Assembly (NCBI GenBank): GCA_963827685.1
Contig: CAWHBU010000007.1
Location: 128,001 to 192,000, forward strand
Source of the DNA: an uncultured delta proteobacterium
GTDB lineage: Bacteria > Desulfobacterota > BSN033 > UBA1163
Length of the DNA: 64,000 bases
Reading direction: 5' to 3'
Part shown: positions 1 through 9,691 of the stretch, in pieces
Position numbering within the stretch: the first letter of the stretch is position 1
How the letters are laid out: every line of letters starts with the position of its first letter
Translations under genes and position numbers: made by a program
The notes under the pieces: generated by a model
The model's database searches: none
What the model was told of the DNA's origin: nothing
The model's input: only the letters and a program-made list of their open reading frames with translations

Positions 1-258
1 ACTAAGGTCGAAGGATCAAAAAGGGATCTGGATTGGATCACCTTCCAGAATCATTTCTGGGAAGCCTCGGCACAGCGCCTCATGCAAGCCCTCGGGGCCT
101 ATGGATTTTTGGGCCTTAACAAAGGGCTTAACGCTTTTCTCGAACATACTCCTGCTGGACTTCAAAACCTTCACCATGCGGCCTCACAGGCGGCATCCCT
201 CCCCCGACTCCGGGAGCTCTCCACAGAATGCCAGAGGGCGATCGAACAAAAGGGATAG
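1..258 (+). CDS. C-terminal part of APH/AmgK-like phosphotransferase (runs off window start)
   Basis: Frame 1 is open to TAG at 256-258 and reads ...SAQRLMQALGAYGFLGLNKG.., a C-terminal motif typical of AmgK-like kinases; not in the ORF track. Confidence 0.7.
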   Translation, partial: TKVEGSKRDLDWITFQNHFWEASAQRLMQALGAYGFLGLNKGLNAFLEHTPAGLQNLHHAASQAASLPRLRELSTECQRAIEQKG

Positions 259-486
259 AACGTCTCTTGCTTATGCTAAGGTCTGATAGGGACAAAAGAT
301 GGCGAGTATTAGAAATCAAGCACGGTCTGTTAAAATGTCTGCCTGTGAAGCATGAGTAAATATCCGTCTTCCCTAAGGCAATTTGGCGATGGGTTCCAAT
401 TGGATGCCCTGGGATATTAGGAGTTTTTCAAAGGGGACGACTTGCTTAGGGTTAAGGCTGATTGCCATGATAAGCCCCCCACTGAA

Positions 487-828
487 TCATGCTGAAAGTT
501 GAGTTGTTTCGCAGCCAATATATTTCAATAAGCCAGCAATATAATTCCCCCATGTCGGCACCAGTTTATCAATTTCATATGCGAGCAAAGCTATTTCCCC
601 ATTGTGAAATTTATTGTGCACTTCTTCCAGCTTCTGATATTTCAAGGGCCACGTTATTTTCCCTGATTGATTAATCACATAAAAAGTTCTTCGCTTTTCA
701 TCAATGTCAACGATCTGCAACAAGTTAAGGCCATCCGCCGCCCAAAATTTAGTTTCTTTATCCTTCATCTCCTTTAATTTTTCCCAGCTAAAAGAGCACT
801 TCGAAAAAATCTCTATTATTTTCCCCAT
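487..828 (-). CDS. hypothetical protein
   Basis: 113-aa ORF with GGGG RBS-like sequence upstream; no recognised motif. Confidence 0.55.
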   Translation of the reverse strand: MGKIIEIFSKCSFSWEKLKEMKDKETKFWAADGLNLLQIVDIDEKRRTFYVINQSGKITWPLKYQKLEEVHNKFHNGEIALLAYEIDKLVPTWGNYIAGLLKYIGCETTQLSA

Positions 829-1189
829 AATTCCCCCTTGTTCCTCCCCGGCCCCCCTGTAAACCTTCTACCCCATTCTGTCTCCATAGACCCCTGAATG
901 TTGGGCATAGTCTTGCCATTTCCTTGTATGGAGTAAAGCCAATTTCTTATCATGGATCCCCATGGGCAAGCCCGTGGTACCAGCCTAAACACCCCTTTGG
1001 GGCGAACATCCCGCAGCAGCAGAGGACCAATTCACCCACGGGTAAACTCGTGGTCCTCTTGGTGTTGGGATCGATGATGAACAGATCCGGCCTTTTGAGG
1101 AGATCATGCTAAGAGATTCTTCTTGGCCCTCCACTCAGGGAAATCTTGAGATGTCTCCTCACACATTGCTATCCAAACTTCAAACACGA

Positions 1190-1579
1190 TCATTGTGAAA
1201 GGTTGCCTAAAAACTTCTTCAACTTGGTCATCTCTTCTGGAGGGATATCAATAAATTTTACTCCACACCGATAATCCCCCCAGCCTTCACCCAAATGGAT
1301 GTCTTTCCAAACCACCTCCGTCAGCACTTCGATGATATTCAATTTAGAGCCTAAAGGGAGAAAGAGTTTCAACCTTAGATATTGACTGACCTCCATTTGT
1401 TCGGGGAAATAAATCAGCAACCCCCCCTCGCTGATACTGAGACCTCGGCCAGTATGACCGATGGATGAGTCGATTCGATAATATTCTATCGGCAGATCGA
1501 TATTAAATCGAGGATATCTTCTTCTTTCAAGATTGACAATTCCCGTCCGGGGTTTGGTTTCTTTTTCTTCCTTTTCCAT
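1190..1579 (-). CDS. PilZ domain (c-di-GMP binding) protein
   Basis: ERRRYPR (RxxxR) and SISEGG (variant D/NxSxxG), C-terminal CGVKF. Confidence 0.85.
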   Translation of the reverse strand: MEKEEKETKPRTGIVNLERRRYPRFNIDLPIEYYRIDSSIGHTGRGLSISEGGLLIYFPEQMEVSQYLRLKLFLPLGSKLNIIEVLTEVVWKDIHLGEGWGDYRCGVKFIDIPPEEMTKLKKFLGNLSQ

Positions 1580-1745
1580 GGACGTGTCTACCTTTTGGTA
1601 GAAGCCTACTAAATTTCTCTGAAGGGGTCAACAAGAATTTAGGTTTCTTTTGGGTCTGCCGGTCTTTTCCCATCCGAAGTTTTTTGATATAATTTGAAGT
1701 AAACCCAGGCTTCAGACTTTCTTCACAAGGCGGAAAATAAAAACG

Positions 1746-1934
1746 ATGGATACGATTGAGTATTTCTCAGACTTTCTCAGGAAAATAGGGGCTCCGAATT
1801 TCTTAGTCATCGGCATCGTCATCATTGTCATTTGGCTCTTGATCTCAGGCTTCAGAAAAGAGTTGAAAAGAAGAGACCGGGATAAAGGACCAGCACAAAA
1901 CGAAGAGAACAAAAACGAAGATTTATCTGAATAA
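1746..1934 (+). CDS. small single-TM membrane protein
   Basis: 62 aa, hydrophobic stretch then charged tail; TATAAT upstream at 1688. Confidence 0.55.
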   Translation: MDTIEYFSDFLRKIGAPNFLVIGIVIIVIWLLISGFRKELKRRDRDKGPAQNEENKNEDLSE

Positions 1935-1985
1935 GCCTCCCGTCGCAAATCTCTTGTGAATGGGAAGGAACGCTAAGAGGCTGCC

Positions 1986-3053
1986 TTAAGATTGTTTTTT
2001 GAAGATCCTCCAGGAGAGGAGAAAGGAGACCGTCAGGGCGATTAACATTCCTGACATGGAGAAGAAAAAGAAAAGAAGGATCAGCCTTTCCTTCATTAAA
2101 GCATATTTACTCTCCAACATCCCCACGTAAAGCATCCCGACAATCTTATCTTGAATGTCTCGAATGGGTTCGTAGGCCGTGATATACCAATCATCCACAA
2201 CAAATGCCCTTTGAATCCATGGCAGTCCCCTTCCGAGAACCTGCTCATAAACTTCTCTACTCACTCGTGTTCCGATTGCGCGATTTCCTTCCTTATCCAT
2301 GACATTGGTCGATATTCTCAGATCTCCTAAAAAGATGGTGGCTGTCCCAATTTCTTTCCCTTTGTACTGAGCATCTTTGAAAACGATGTTTTTGATCCGA
2401 TCGACAATCTCATAATTCTGGTTCAGGAGCACTCCTCCTGTCAAGACACCGATCACCTCTCCATTGAAATCAAGAATGGGATAGGCCGATCTCAATACCA
2501 TTCCGGAAGTCTCTTCTATTTCTCTCGCTGGTTTTTCTCTGGGGACGGGAATCGATCGAATGATGGCCTTCTGGGTCAAGCTCCTCCCTTCCTTCGACAA
2601 CTCATCTCCTGAGAAAACCTGGGTCCCTGAGATCTCTTTCTTCTCCAGGGCCATCTTAATAAAGGGATCTTTGAGCAAACTGTCTCCTGATACCGGAGGG
2701 TTATGAAATCTAAATATGACCACCCCATTTCGATTGACCAATGTTAGGAAATCAAGTCCCTCTTCAGCTATCAGTCCTTCGAGTTCATTCCGGATAGGAG
2801 AGATGTTCTTCTCCTTCAGTCCCTTTTTCAGCACATGCCTGATCGCTGTCCAGCGGATCGTCCGGTCAATTTCTCTAATTTTTGAAGTAAAGACATATCG
2901 GGCTGTATTGAGATCTTCTTTGACCCTCTCCTGTGCTTCAAAGATAATCTGATTGGTGATGAGGGAGTTGACGATGATGCTTGTTACAACGCCTATTAAA
3001 CAGGCAACAGCTAAAAAGAAGAGGGCTAATCGAGTTCTTGTAAAGATCTTCAT
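1986..3053 (-). CDS. stand-alone membrane Cache-domain sensor protein
   Basis: TM-Cache (GTATIFLGDLRISTNV..GNRAIGT..WYITAYEPIRD..VGMLYVG)-TM, stop right after TM2. Confidence 0.8.
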   Translation of the reverse strand: MKIFTRTRLALFFLAVACLIGVVTSIIVNSLITNQIIFEAQERVKEDLNTARYVFTSKIREIDRTIRWTAIRHVLKKGLKEKNISPIRNELEGLIAEEGLDFLTLVNRNGVVIFRFHNPPVSGDSLLKDPFIKMALEKKEISGTQVFSGDELSKEGRSLTQKAIIRSIPVPREKPAREIEETSGMVLRSAYPILDFNGEVIGVLTGGVLLNQNYEIVDRIKNIVFKDAQYKGKEIGTATIFLGDLRISTNVMDKEGNRAIGTRVSREVYEQVLGRGLPWIQRAFVVDDWYITAYEPIRDIQDKIVGMLYVGMLESKYALMKERLILLFFFFSMSGMLIALTVSFLLSWRIFKKQS

Positions 3054-3174
3054 GCTTTTAACTTATCAGAAATAAAGGGGAAGGTAAATAGAAAAATTTT
3101 GCTTGATAGATTATTTTCTATTTGTTAAATATTTTGTGAAAAAATTCTTTAGTTTTAGAATGGGGGTATAATCC

Positions 3175-4908
3175 ATGAAACCATACTTTGAAAAGATGAC
3201 CGATTTTGGTAAAGCCTTGACTGAGCAACAGATTAAGCAGGCAGATGAAAATGTTCAAAAAATTAAGCAAGTTGAAAAAACAATTGCAGAAGCCGTGGAA
3301 AAAGTGAAAAAAGCGGGTCTCGCCACGGAGGAGATTAATAAGAGAGGAGAGATGACCGTATACCAGAGGCTTGAATATTTGCTGGATCCTGGCACATGGT
3401 GCCCTTTACATACCCTCTTCGACCCGATGGAAGAAGAATCGGGAACAACCGGCGTGGTGGATGGACTGGGTAGAATCAGTGGAAAATGGGCTGTCGTCAT
3501 CGGCTTCGACAATAAGGTTATGGCTGGAGCCTGGATTGCGGGTCAATCAGAAAATATTTTGAGAGTCACGGATATGGCAAAGCGCCTTCACCTCCCTCTG
3601 GTCTGGTTAGTTAATTGTAGCGGCGTGAAACTCCCTGAACAGGAAAAGGTGTACGCCAACCGCAGAGGAAGTGGAACCACTTTCTTTAGACATGCTGAAC
3701 TGGAGAAATTGGGCATTCCTGTCCTGGCAGGGATCTATGGAACCAATCCCGCGGGCGGAGGATACCAAGGGGTCAGTCCCACGATCCTCTTAGCTCATAA
3801 GAACTGCAACATTGCTGTCGGGGGTGGCGGTATTGTCAGCGGGATGAGCCCAAAAGGTTTTTTTGATGAAGAAGGGGCTGAGCAGATTATCGGGGCCACG
3901 AGAAAATTCAAATCTGTTCCTCCTGGTCGTGTGGAGATTCATTACGACTCCACAGGCTTCTTCAAGGCTGTCTTTGAAAAGGAAGAAGGGGTATTGGATG
4001 CCCTGAAAGGATACATGAAGTATCTTCCAGCTTATGATCCTAAATTCTTCAGGGTCGCTGACCCGAAAGAACCCAAATTTTCTCCTCAGGAAATCAACTA
4101 TCTCATCGCCTTCAATCAAAAGCTTGCCTATAATTTTGATCAAGTCCTCGCCAGGCTGACGGATAACAGTGAACATATGGAATTCAGGCCTGGTTACGGT
4201 CCTGAGGTTTATACGGGGTTGGCAAAAATCGACGGTTTCTTGGTTGGAATCATTGGCAATCGGCAGGGATTCCTACCCAAGGGATATCCTGAATATGCCC
4301 CTTATCCGGGCGTTGGTGGAAAGCTTTACCGCCAGGGCCTCATCAAGATGAACGAATTCGTTACCGAATGCGGGAGAGACAGGGTCCCCATCATCTGGTT
4401 TCAGGATACGACTGGCATCGATGTAGGAGACATCGCAGAAAAAGCCGAGCTCCTCGGATTGGGGCAATCCCTCATTTACTCCATCGAGCAATCCAATCTC
4501 CCCATGATGTGCATCATCTTAAGAAAGGGGACAGCCGCTGCCCATTACATCATGGGAGGCCCCCAGGCGAACAATAATAATGTGTTTACGTTGGGCACCC
4601 CCACCACAGAGATTTATGTCATGCACGGTGAAACCGCAGCCGTTGCCTCTTTTGCAAGAAGACTGGTAAAAGAAAAAGATTCCAACCGTCCACTCAAGCC
4701 CATCATTGATAAGATGAATGCCCTGGCACAGGAATACTATGATAAGTCAAGGCCCGTTTATTGTGCGCAAAAAGGGTTGGTCGACGCGCTTGTCTCTTTT
4801 GCGGATATGAGAAAATATATGGTGGCGTTCGCGGGCTCTGCCTATCAAAATCCCGTCTCCATCTGCCCTCACCACCACATGATGATTCCGAGACTGATCA
4901 AAGGATAG
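3175..4908 (+). CDS. gcdA: glutaconyl-CoA decarboxylase subunit alpha (carboxyltransferase)
   Basis: MKPYFEKM N-terminus, GTNPAGGGY, QDTTGIDVG, IYVMHGETAA, C-terminal CPHHHMMIPR. Confidence 0.85.
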   Translation: MKPYFEKMTDFGKALTEQQIKQADENVQKIKQVEKTIAEAVEKVKKAGLATEEINKRGEMTVYQRLEYLLDPGTWCPLHTLFDPMEEESGTTGVVDGLGRISGKWAVVIGFDNKVMAGAWIAGQSENILRVTDMAKRLHLPLVWLVNCSGVKLPEQEKVYANRRGSGTTFFRHAELEKLGIPVLAGIYGTNPAGGGYQGVSPTILLAHKNCNIAVGGGGIVSGMSPKGFFDEEGAEQIIGATRKFKSVPPGRVEIHYDSTGFFKAVFEKEEGVLDALKGYMKYLPAYDPKFFRVADPKEPKFSPQEINYLIAFNQKLAYNFDQVLARLTDNSEHMEFRPGYGPEVYTGLAKIDGFLVGIIGNRQGFLPKGYPEYAPYPGVGGKLYRQGLIKMNEFVTECGRDRVPIIWFQDTTGIDVGDIAEKAELLGLGQSLIYSIEQSNLPMMCIILRKGTAAAHYIMGGPQANNNNVFTLGTPTTEIYVMHGETAAVASFARRLVKEKDSNRPLKPIIDKMNALAQEYYDKSRPVYCAQKGLVDALVSFADMRKYMVAFAGSAYQNPVSICPHHHMMIPRLIKG

Positions 4909-4940
4909 AAATTATACTTTCGGCAGGTCAGGACATAATG

Positions 4941-4970
4941 AAAAGGTCCCGTTTTATGGCGGGAGCTTTT
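4941..4970 (+). terminator. intrinsic terminator after gcdA
   Basis: AAAAGGTCCCG...CGGGAGCTTTT hairpin plus T tract. Confidence 0.6.
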
Positions 4971-5095
4971 ATTTTGCTTCACCGATCTAAGAGATTCGCT
5001 CCTGAATGATCTCCCACACCCATCTCATCTGATCTCACCGAGCTTGCATTGAATTTCATACTGAATTAATTTAGAATTAATAACGGAGGAGTAAG

Positions 5096-5644
5096 ATGGA
5101 AAAACGATTACAGTGTTTCTTACTTTTCTTTCTCTTTCTGCTTTTCACGGGTTGTGCTCATGTCATTTCGAAGGATTTAAGGACGAAGTCAGATCTCTCT
5201 CTTACGCTTGCTCAGGTCCGTCAGAATCCAGACGCCTTTAAAGGAAAATGGGTGGTATGGGGTGGTGAGATCATCGAGGCGGTCAATCAACAAGATGGAA
5301 CCACACAGGTTGAAATATTCCAGAGACCTCTGGGCTGGAGGGGAGAGCCCAAACAAACCACTTACTCAGAAGGAAGATTTTTAATTGTCGCTGATAACTA
5401 TTTAGATCCTTACGTCTTCCGGAGAGGGAGAAAGATCACAGTAGCCGGTGAAATCACAGGAGGGAAGATCAAACCTCTCGGTGAGATGGAGTACCGATAC
5501 CCCGTTGTCTCGGGCAAACAGATCTATCTTTGGCCTGTTTACTATTACCAACCCTATCCCTATTACTATTATTACCCATGGTGGGGTTATCCTTATTGGT
5601 GGGGATTCGGAACTGGGGTCGGTTTCCAGCATCATCACCATTGA
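5096..5644 (+). CDS. Slp family outer-membrane lipoprotein
   Basis: Lipobox FTGC, VVWGGEII, SEGRF, YLDPYVF, YRYPVV, Tyr/Pro/Trp-rich tail. Confidence 0.85.
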   Translation: MEKRLQCFLLFFLFLLFTGCAHVISKDLRTKSDLSLTLAQVRQNPDAFKGKWVVWGGEIIEAVNQQDGTTQVEIFQRPLGWRGEPKQTTYSEGRFLIVADNYLDPYVFRRGRKITVAGEITGGKIKPLGEMEYRYPVVSGKQIYLWPVYYYQPYPYYYYYPWWGYPYWWGFGTGVGFQHHHH

Positions 5645-5780
5645 TTCTATCTCCCTGATCTATCCTTTCCAGTTGCTAAAAGAGATCTTGGGAGGAGAGA
5701 AACCCTTTCAGAAATTCCACAAGCCTAGGTTGACAGATTCGTCCTCGTCAGTTATAAACCTTTACCATAAAGGATTACCC

Positions 5781-6248
5781 ATGGCACGAAGTCCCATCAC
5801 GCGCAACGGATATAATCATCTCCATAAAGAATTGGAGAATATGAAGAAGGTCATCCGCCCTCGAGTGATCAAGGCCATTGAGGAGGCACGTGCCCATGGA
5901 GACCTCAACGAGAATGCAGAATATGTGGCAGCCAAGGAACAGCAATCGTTCGTTGAAAAGAAGATCCGAGAGATTGAGCAGAAGTTGGCCAATTCTGAGA
6001 TTATAGATAGCATCAGTCTTCCAAATGGAAAAGTGGGCTTTGGCTCTGTGGTCACTTTAGAAAACCTCAATAACGCAGGCAAAGTTACCTATCAGATCGT
6101 CGGACCTGACGAATCAGATATCTCATCTGGAAAGATTTCAATTGCTTCACCCCTGGGTAAGGCTTTAATTGGAAAGGAAGTGGAGGATGAGGTGACCGTA
6201 CAGACCCCGGGGGGAGCCAAGAACTATACGATATTGAAAATCGCCTGA
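5781..6248 (+). CDS. greA: transcription elongation factor GreA
   Basis: ARAHGDLNENAEY, ISIASPLGKALIGK; probable start is ATG 5781 after AAGGA, not 5448. Confidence 0.93.
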   Translation: MARSPITRNGYNHLHKELENMKKVIRPRVIKAIEEARAHGDLNENAEYVAAKEQQSFVEKKIREIEQKLANSEIIDSISLPNGKVGFGSVVTLENLNNAGKVTYQIVGPDESDISSGKISIASPLGKALIGKEVEDEVTVQTPGGAKNYTILKIA

Positions 6249-6454
6249 AGCAGACTTACCACATTAGGGAATATCGCATGCTACCAATAAAAAATAGTAA
6301 AGAACCGCTTTGTAAAGGTTGGGAAGCATGCCCAACCGCCTTTTCAATGTAACATTAAGATTATCTTTACATCTTAACCCATGTCAGTCACCCCTTTGTG
6401 CAACTTCATTGTCCTGGCAGCTTATCACTCATCCTAAAATATTTTTCTTTCTTT

Positions 6455-7828
6455 TCAGTTATAAAATTGAAGATAGAGGATAAAGGTGGCGATGCCCAAT
6501 GTCAGCATTGAGACGATCACACCAGGTTTGATCCACTGGCCGAAAGTAATATGACCCATTTTTTGCCGTTCAATAATGCCGATGGCCACAATATTGGCTG
6601 TGCTTCCAATCATAGTTAGATTCCCGAATAATGTCCCACCAAAAAGTATTCCCCACCAATAAGGGGTGACATCAATTCCTGTCTTCGCAATATCTTGGAT
6701 AATGGGAATAAACGTCGCCACAGCTAACACATTGTCCATGAATCCTGTTAGAATGCCACTCGTCCAGGTGAGTATGAGGAAAAGAATCTTGGGATTTCCA
6801 CCTGCCCATGAAGTAAGAGATTTCGCAATCACTTCCGTTGTCCCCGCATATTTGAGAGTTCCCACAGAAGCAAAAAGCATCATGAAAAAGCTCAGTGTCC
6901 ACCAATCCACTCTTCTTTCGACCAACTCCCTGGCCCGTTCCCTCTCGAGAACAAGGCTGATTCCGGCAGATAAGAGGGCTGTCCCGATGAGGAGGGTATT
7001 TTTCTCCAAGCCTAATACCTTTTCTAACGATGCATGGAGGACCAATCCCGCTATCGTTCCAATAAAAAGAAAGAAGCAGATAAACCACCGACAACAATTT
7101 TTTCTTGGAGGAACTTCCTCCTTTTCCAAGTCTTTCCCCTTCATTCTCTGTTTCCAACTCCGAATCTCCTTTGAGTAATAAAGAAGGGAAAGCGGGATGG
7201 TCACCAAAAGCGCACACGATGAAATAGGAGATGCCCAGCGCAAAAAATCCTGGAAGGTGAAACCCGCTCTCATCGCAATCATGACGCCGATGGGGTTCCC
7301 AACCACGGTGGCACTCGATCCGATATTGGTGGCGAAGACCTGGATGATCACAAAGGGAATCGGATTGACACCGAAGCGGGATGTCAGATGGATCATCGTG
7401 GCCGTCATAAATAGGATGGAGGTAACCTCATCGACTAACGCAGCCGATATCGCGCCCGCCACCATGAGCGTGGTCACGAGAAATACGGGCCTCGGTCCGA
7501 CGTATCGGATCAGGGTATTGACCAGAGATTCGAAGAAGTGGTTTTCCTCGAGATATCCGACAAAAATCATCATCCCGATCAAAAAGAGAATGATGTCCAG
7601 CCCGGCGAATTTAATGAGATTGGAAATATCAAGAAGGCCAAAGGCCAAAAGCAGGGAAATCCCGATCAATGCGAAAGGAAGCCGAAATGGCCAGAAGAGA
7701 ATCGTTCCAAAGATGACCATGAAGAAGATGGAAAGAGAAAGAACCTGGGTTGACGAGAATCCGACCAGAGAAGAGAGGAGGCTCACCCCTAGAATAATCA
7801 ATACATAGACCATTCCTTTGCAGACCAT
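6455..7828 (-). CDS. ArsB/NhaD/SLC13 (IT superfamily) ion transporter
   Basis: Multiple TM helices, SAALVDEVT, TNIGSSATVVGNP, GFMDNV, GNLTMIGSTAN. Confidence 0.85.
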   Translation of the reverse strand: MVCKGMVYVLIILGVSLLSSLVGFSSTQVLSLSIFFMVIFGTILFWPFRLPFALIGISLLLAFGLLDISNLIKFAGLDIILFLIGMMIFVGYLEENHFFESLVNTLIRYVGPRPVFLVTTLMVAGAISAALVDEVTSILFMTATMIHLTSRFGVNPIPFVIIQVFATNIGSSATVVGNPIGVMIAMRAGFTFQDFLRWASPISSCALLVTIPLSLLYYSKEIRSWKQRMKGKDLEKEEVPPRKNCCRWFICFFLFIGTIAGLVLHASLEKVLGLEKNTLLIGTALLSAGISLVLERERARELVERRVDWWTLSFFMMLFASVGTLKYAGTTEVIAKSLTSWAGGNPKILFLILTWTSGILTGFMDNVLAVATFIPIIQDIAKTGIDVTPYWWGILFGGTLFGNLTMIGSTANIVAIGIIERQKMGHITFGQWIKPGVIVSMLTLGIATFILYLQFYN

Positions 7829-7852
7829 AAGTGTTACCCTTTCGGCAGAAAA

Positions 7853-8059
7853 TTATTGGACCTTCGGTTCAGAAGTAATACAGATTTTGCCTTCTTTCTC
7901 ATCAACCCACATTTCCTGGCCGATTTCGATCAACAGCTTGACCACTTTGTACCATGGAAACCTATTTGGCTTTAACACCTTGATTTCCAACCCGCCATAT
8001 ACCGAGTTAACCTTACCGGTATCTTTTACCATCTCCTTCAATCGCTCTTCCGGATCCAT
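7853..8059 (-). CDS. small hypothetical protein upstream of the permease
   Basis: 68 aa, GAGGTG RBS, 24 bp from the permease start. Confidence 0.7.
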   Translation of the reverse strand: MDPEERLKEMVKDTGKVNSVYGGLEIKVLKPNRFPWYKVVKLLIEIGQEMWVDEKEGKICITSEPKVQ

Positions 8060-8321
8060 CCCTGGTCACCTCTTAATAAAACGACTATCGTCCCGTTCAC
8101 CCCGTCGGTTATATAACTAATCTCTTCCACGGTTTACACTTTAATTTCTTGTAGATCTGAGTTTGATTTATCATTCACCTTAGGATTTTGTGTCATACGT
8201 CACGGGCAAGACAAAAGGCTTCAATTTCATTGATCTACTTTAGCATATTTCTTCATCTGAAGCGGCAAATTCAAGTAAAATCAGAACGCCCCGTCCAATA
8301 GGGGGCTTCCTACTTATTCCC

Positions 8322-8693
8322 TTACTTCACAGAGAACATTTCTGAAGTCCCGTGGTATTTTGGCCTCCGCTCGGAAAAAATCCGGACCTTACACTGCGTC
8401 GAATCCACTTTGGGAACCCTCCATAAATGCCTCCCGCTGTTGGGTACATTTTCTTCCATTTTCTCCCACGATTTGCCTCCATCTTTCGAGAACTCCACCG
8501 TCACCATCGCTCCAAATTCGGATTCCATGGGTTCCGCTTTCCATAGGATTTGGTAAAAGTCTCCTGCCTTAAAGATGTCGTTTGCTTTGGGGCTCAAAAT
8601 AGTAATCCCCTTGTCCGGTAGAGGCTCAGATGAACAACCTATAAAAATTGTCAAGGTAACCGCAAAAAATAATGGAATAAGTTTGTTTCTCAT
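8322..8693 (-). CDS. lipoprotein with single beta-sandwich (Ser/Thr-rich anchored-protein-like) domain
   Basis: Start MRNKLIPLFF after GGGAG, lipobox FIGC, ITILSP..YQILW..SKDGGKSW..VPNSG..W.VP pattern. Confidence 0.7.
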   Translation of the reverse strand: MRNKLIPLFFAVTLTIFIGCSSEPLPDKGITILSPKANDIFKAGDFYQILWKAEPMESEFGAMVTVEFSKDGGKSWEKMEENVPNSGRHLWRVPKVDSTQCKVRIFSERRPKYHGTSEMFSVK

Positions 8694-8762
8694 CAGTTTC
8701 TCCCTTCTGTAAATTTTTTCCATCCTTGGAATTTCATATGCCCTCATTTCAAGAAAGATCCC

Positions 8763-8888
8763 TTATTCTGAAAAAAGTATGAATCTCAATATAATGATTA
8801 ATGCTATCCCAAGAGTGATTAACATGACCAACATTGGGACTGATGACTCCCTTTTTTCTTCCCTTTTTTCCTCCTTCTTTTCCCCCAT
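8763..8888 (-). CDS. 41-aa membrane microprotein MGEKKEEKREEKRESSVPMLVMLITLGIALIIILRFILFSE
   Basis: AAGGAG RBS, charged N-terminus plus C-terminal TM; second copy at 15428-15553; first RBS-supported ORF downstream of the riboswitches. Confidence 0.65.
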   Translation of the reverse strand: MGEKKEEKREEKRESSVPMLVMLITLGIALIIILRFILFSE

Positions 8889-9017
8889 CTTATTTATCTC
8901 CTTTCCGGTCCCTGCGGTATGCTGCATCCTTCATTTCCATCTTTCAGTTGTCAGAAATATGGTCATGATCTTGATCGCTTTTCTCTTTTTCGGGATATCC
9001 GCATCCCTTGATTAAAT

Positions 9018-9112
9018 AAAAAAAGCCGCTACCCGAAATTTTACTTTCGGATAGCGGCCCGACCATCCAGTCTTTTAACCTCCAGAAATATTCTGAGATA
9101 TTTCTGGACCCC
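9018..9112 (-). ncRNA. nhaA-I-like (Li+-I/Na+-II) riboswitch with overlapping terminator, copy A
   Basis: GGGU-CCAGAAAUAU hairpin-AGGUU-linker-UGGUCGGGCCGC, then GCCGCUAUCCGAAA..UUUCGGGUAGCGGC-U7. Confidence 0.72.
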
Positions 9113-9221
9113 ATTATCTTCTTATTTGATTGTATATCCTTACCGATGCCAGTAAATCAGCCCAGCAAGTCAATGGTGAACCTTTCCAAAAATTAGGTCC
9201 AGGGTCTTTCTTCAGTCCAAT

Positions 9222-9312
9222 AAAAAAGCCGCTGCCCGAAATTTCGCTTTCGGACAGCGGCCCGACTATCCTGTTTTTTAACCTCCAGAAATATATTAGT
9301 ATTTCTGGACCC
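9222..9312 (-). ncRNA. nhaA-I-like riboswitch with overlapping terminator, copy B (tandem, upstream of A)
   Basis: GGGU-CCAGAAAUA hairpin-AGGUU-linker-UAGUCGGGCCGC, then GCCGCUGUCCGAAA..UUUCGGGCAGCGGC-U6. Confidence 0.72.
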
Positions 9313-9334
9313 ATCAAACCTCTTTTTTGAAAGA

Positions 9335-9363
9335 CATTTAACAAATTATTTTAAGGATGTCAA
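9335..9363 (-). promoter_or_regulatory. sigma70-type promoter for the tandem riboswitch leader
   Basis: TTGACA-N17-TAAATG; equivalent TTGACA-N17-TATAAA at 15805-15833. Confidence 0.55.
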
Positions 9364-9691
9364 GGATTTTTCCATTGAACTTATGAGAATCAATTCTTGA
9401 GATTGTCGATGACCGGTTGAACCAGTACTGTTAGAGCAAAATGGCTTGCCAACGATTAGGAAGAAAGGATCAAAAAGGGGGGGGTATTTCCCAACCCTTC
9501 ACCCCAGGATAGCTCTGAAAGCTAAGGGTTCCAGTTAGAAATACGTATATTTGAAAGGCGATATATTGCCCTTGCGTCCGTATTATTTGGTGATAAAATG
9601 AGGAATGAGCCAATTCGATTCATCTATTTTGAACCGAAAGATGTTGAATGAGGCTACGGAAACAACTGGATTCTCCTTGAAGGAGGAGGCC

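Noticed and set aside
8779-9344. ORFs 8779-9015, 9114-9344, 9130-9330 and 15444-15719
   Set aside because: They overlap riboswitch/terminator structures or are antisense to the RBS-supported microprotein
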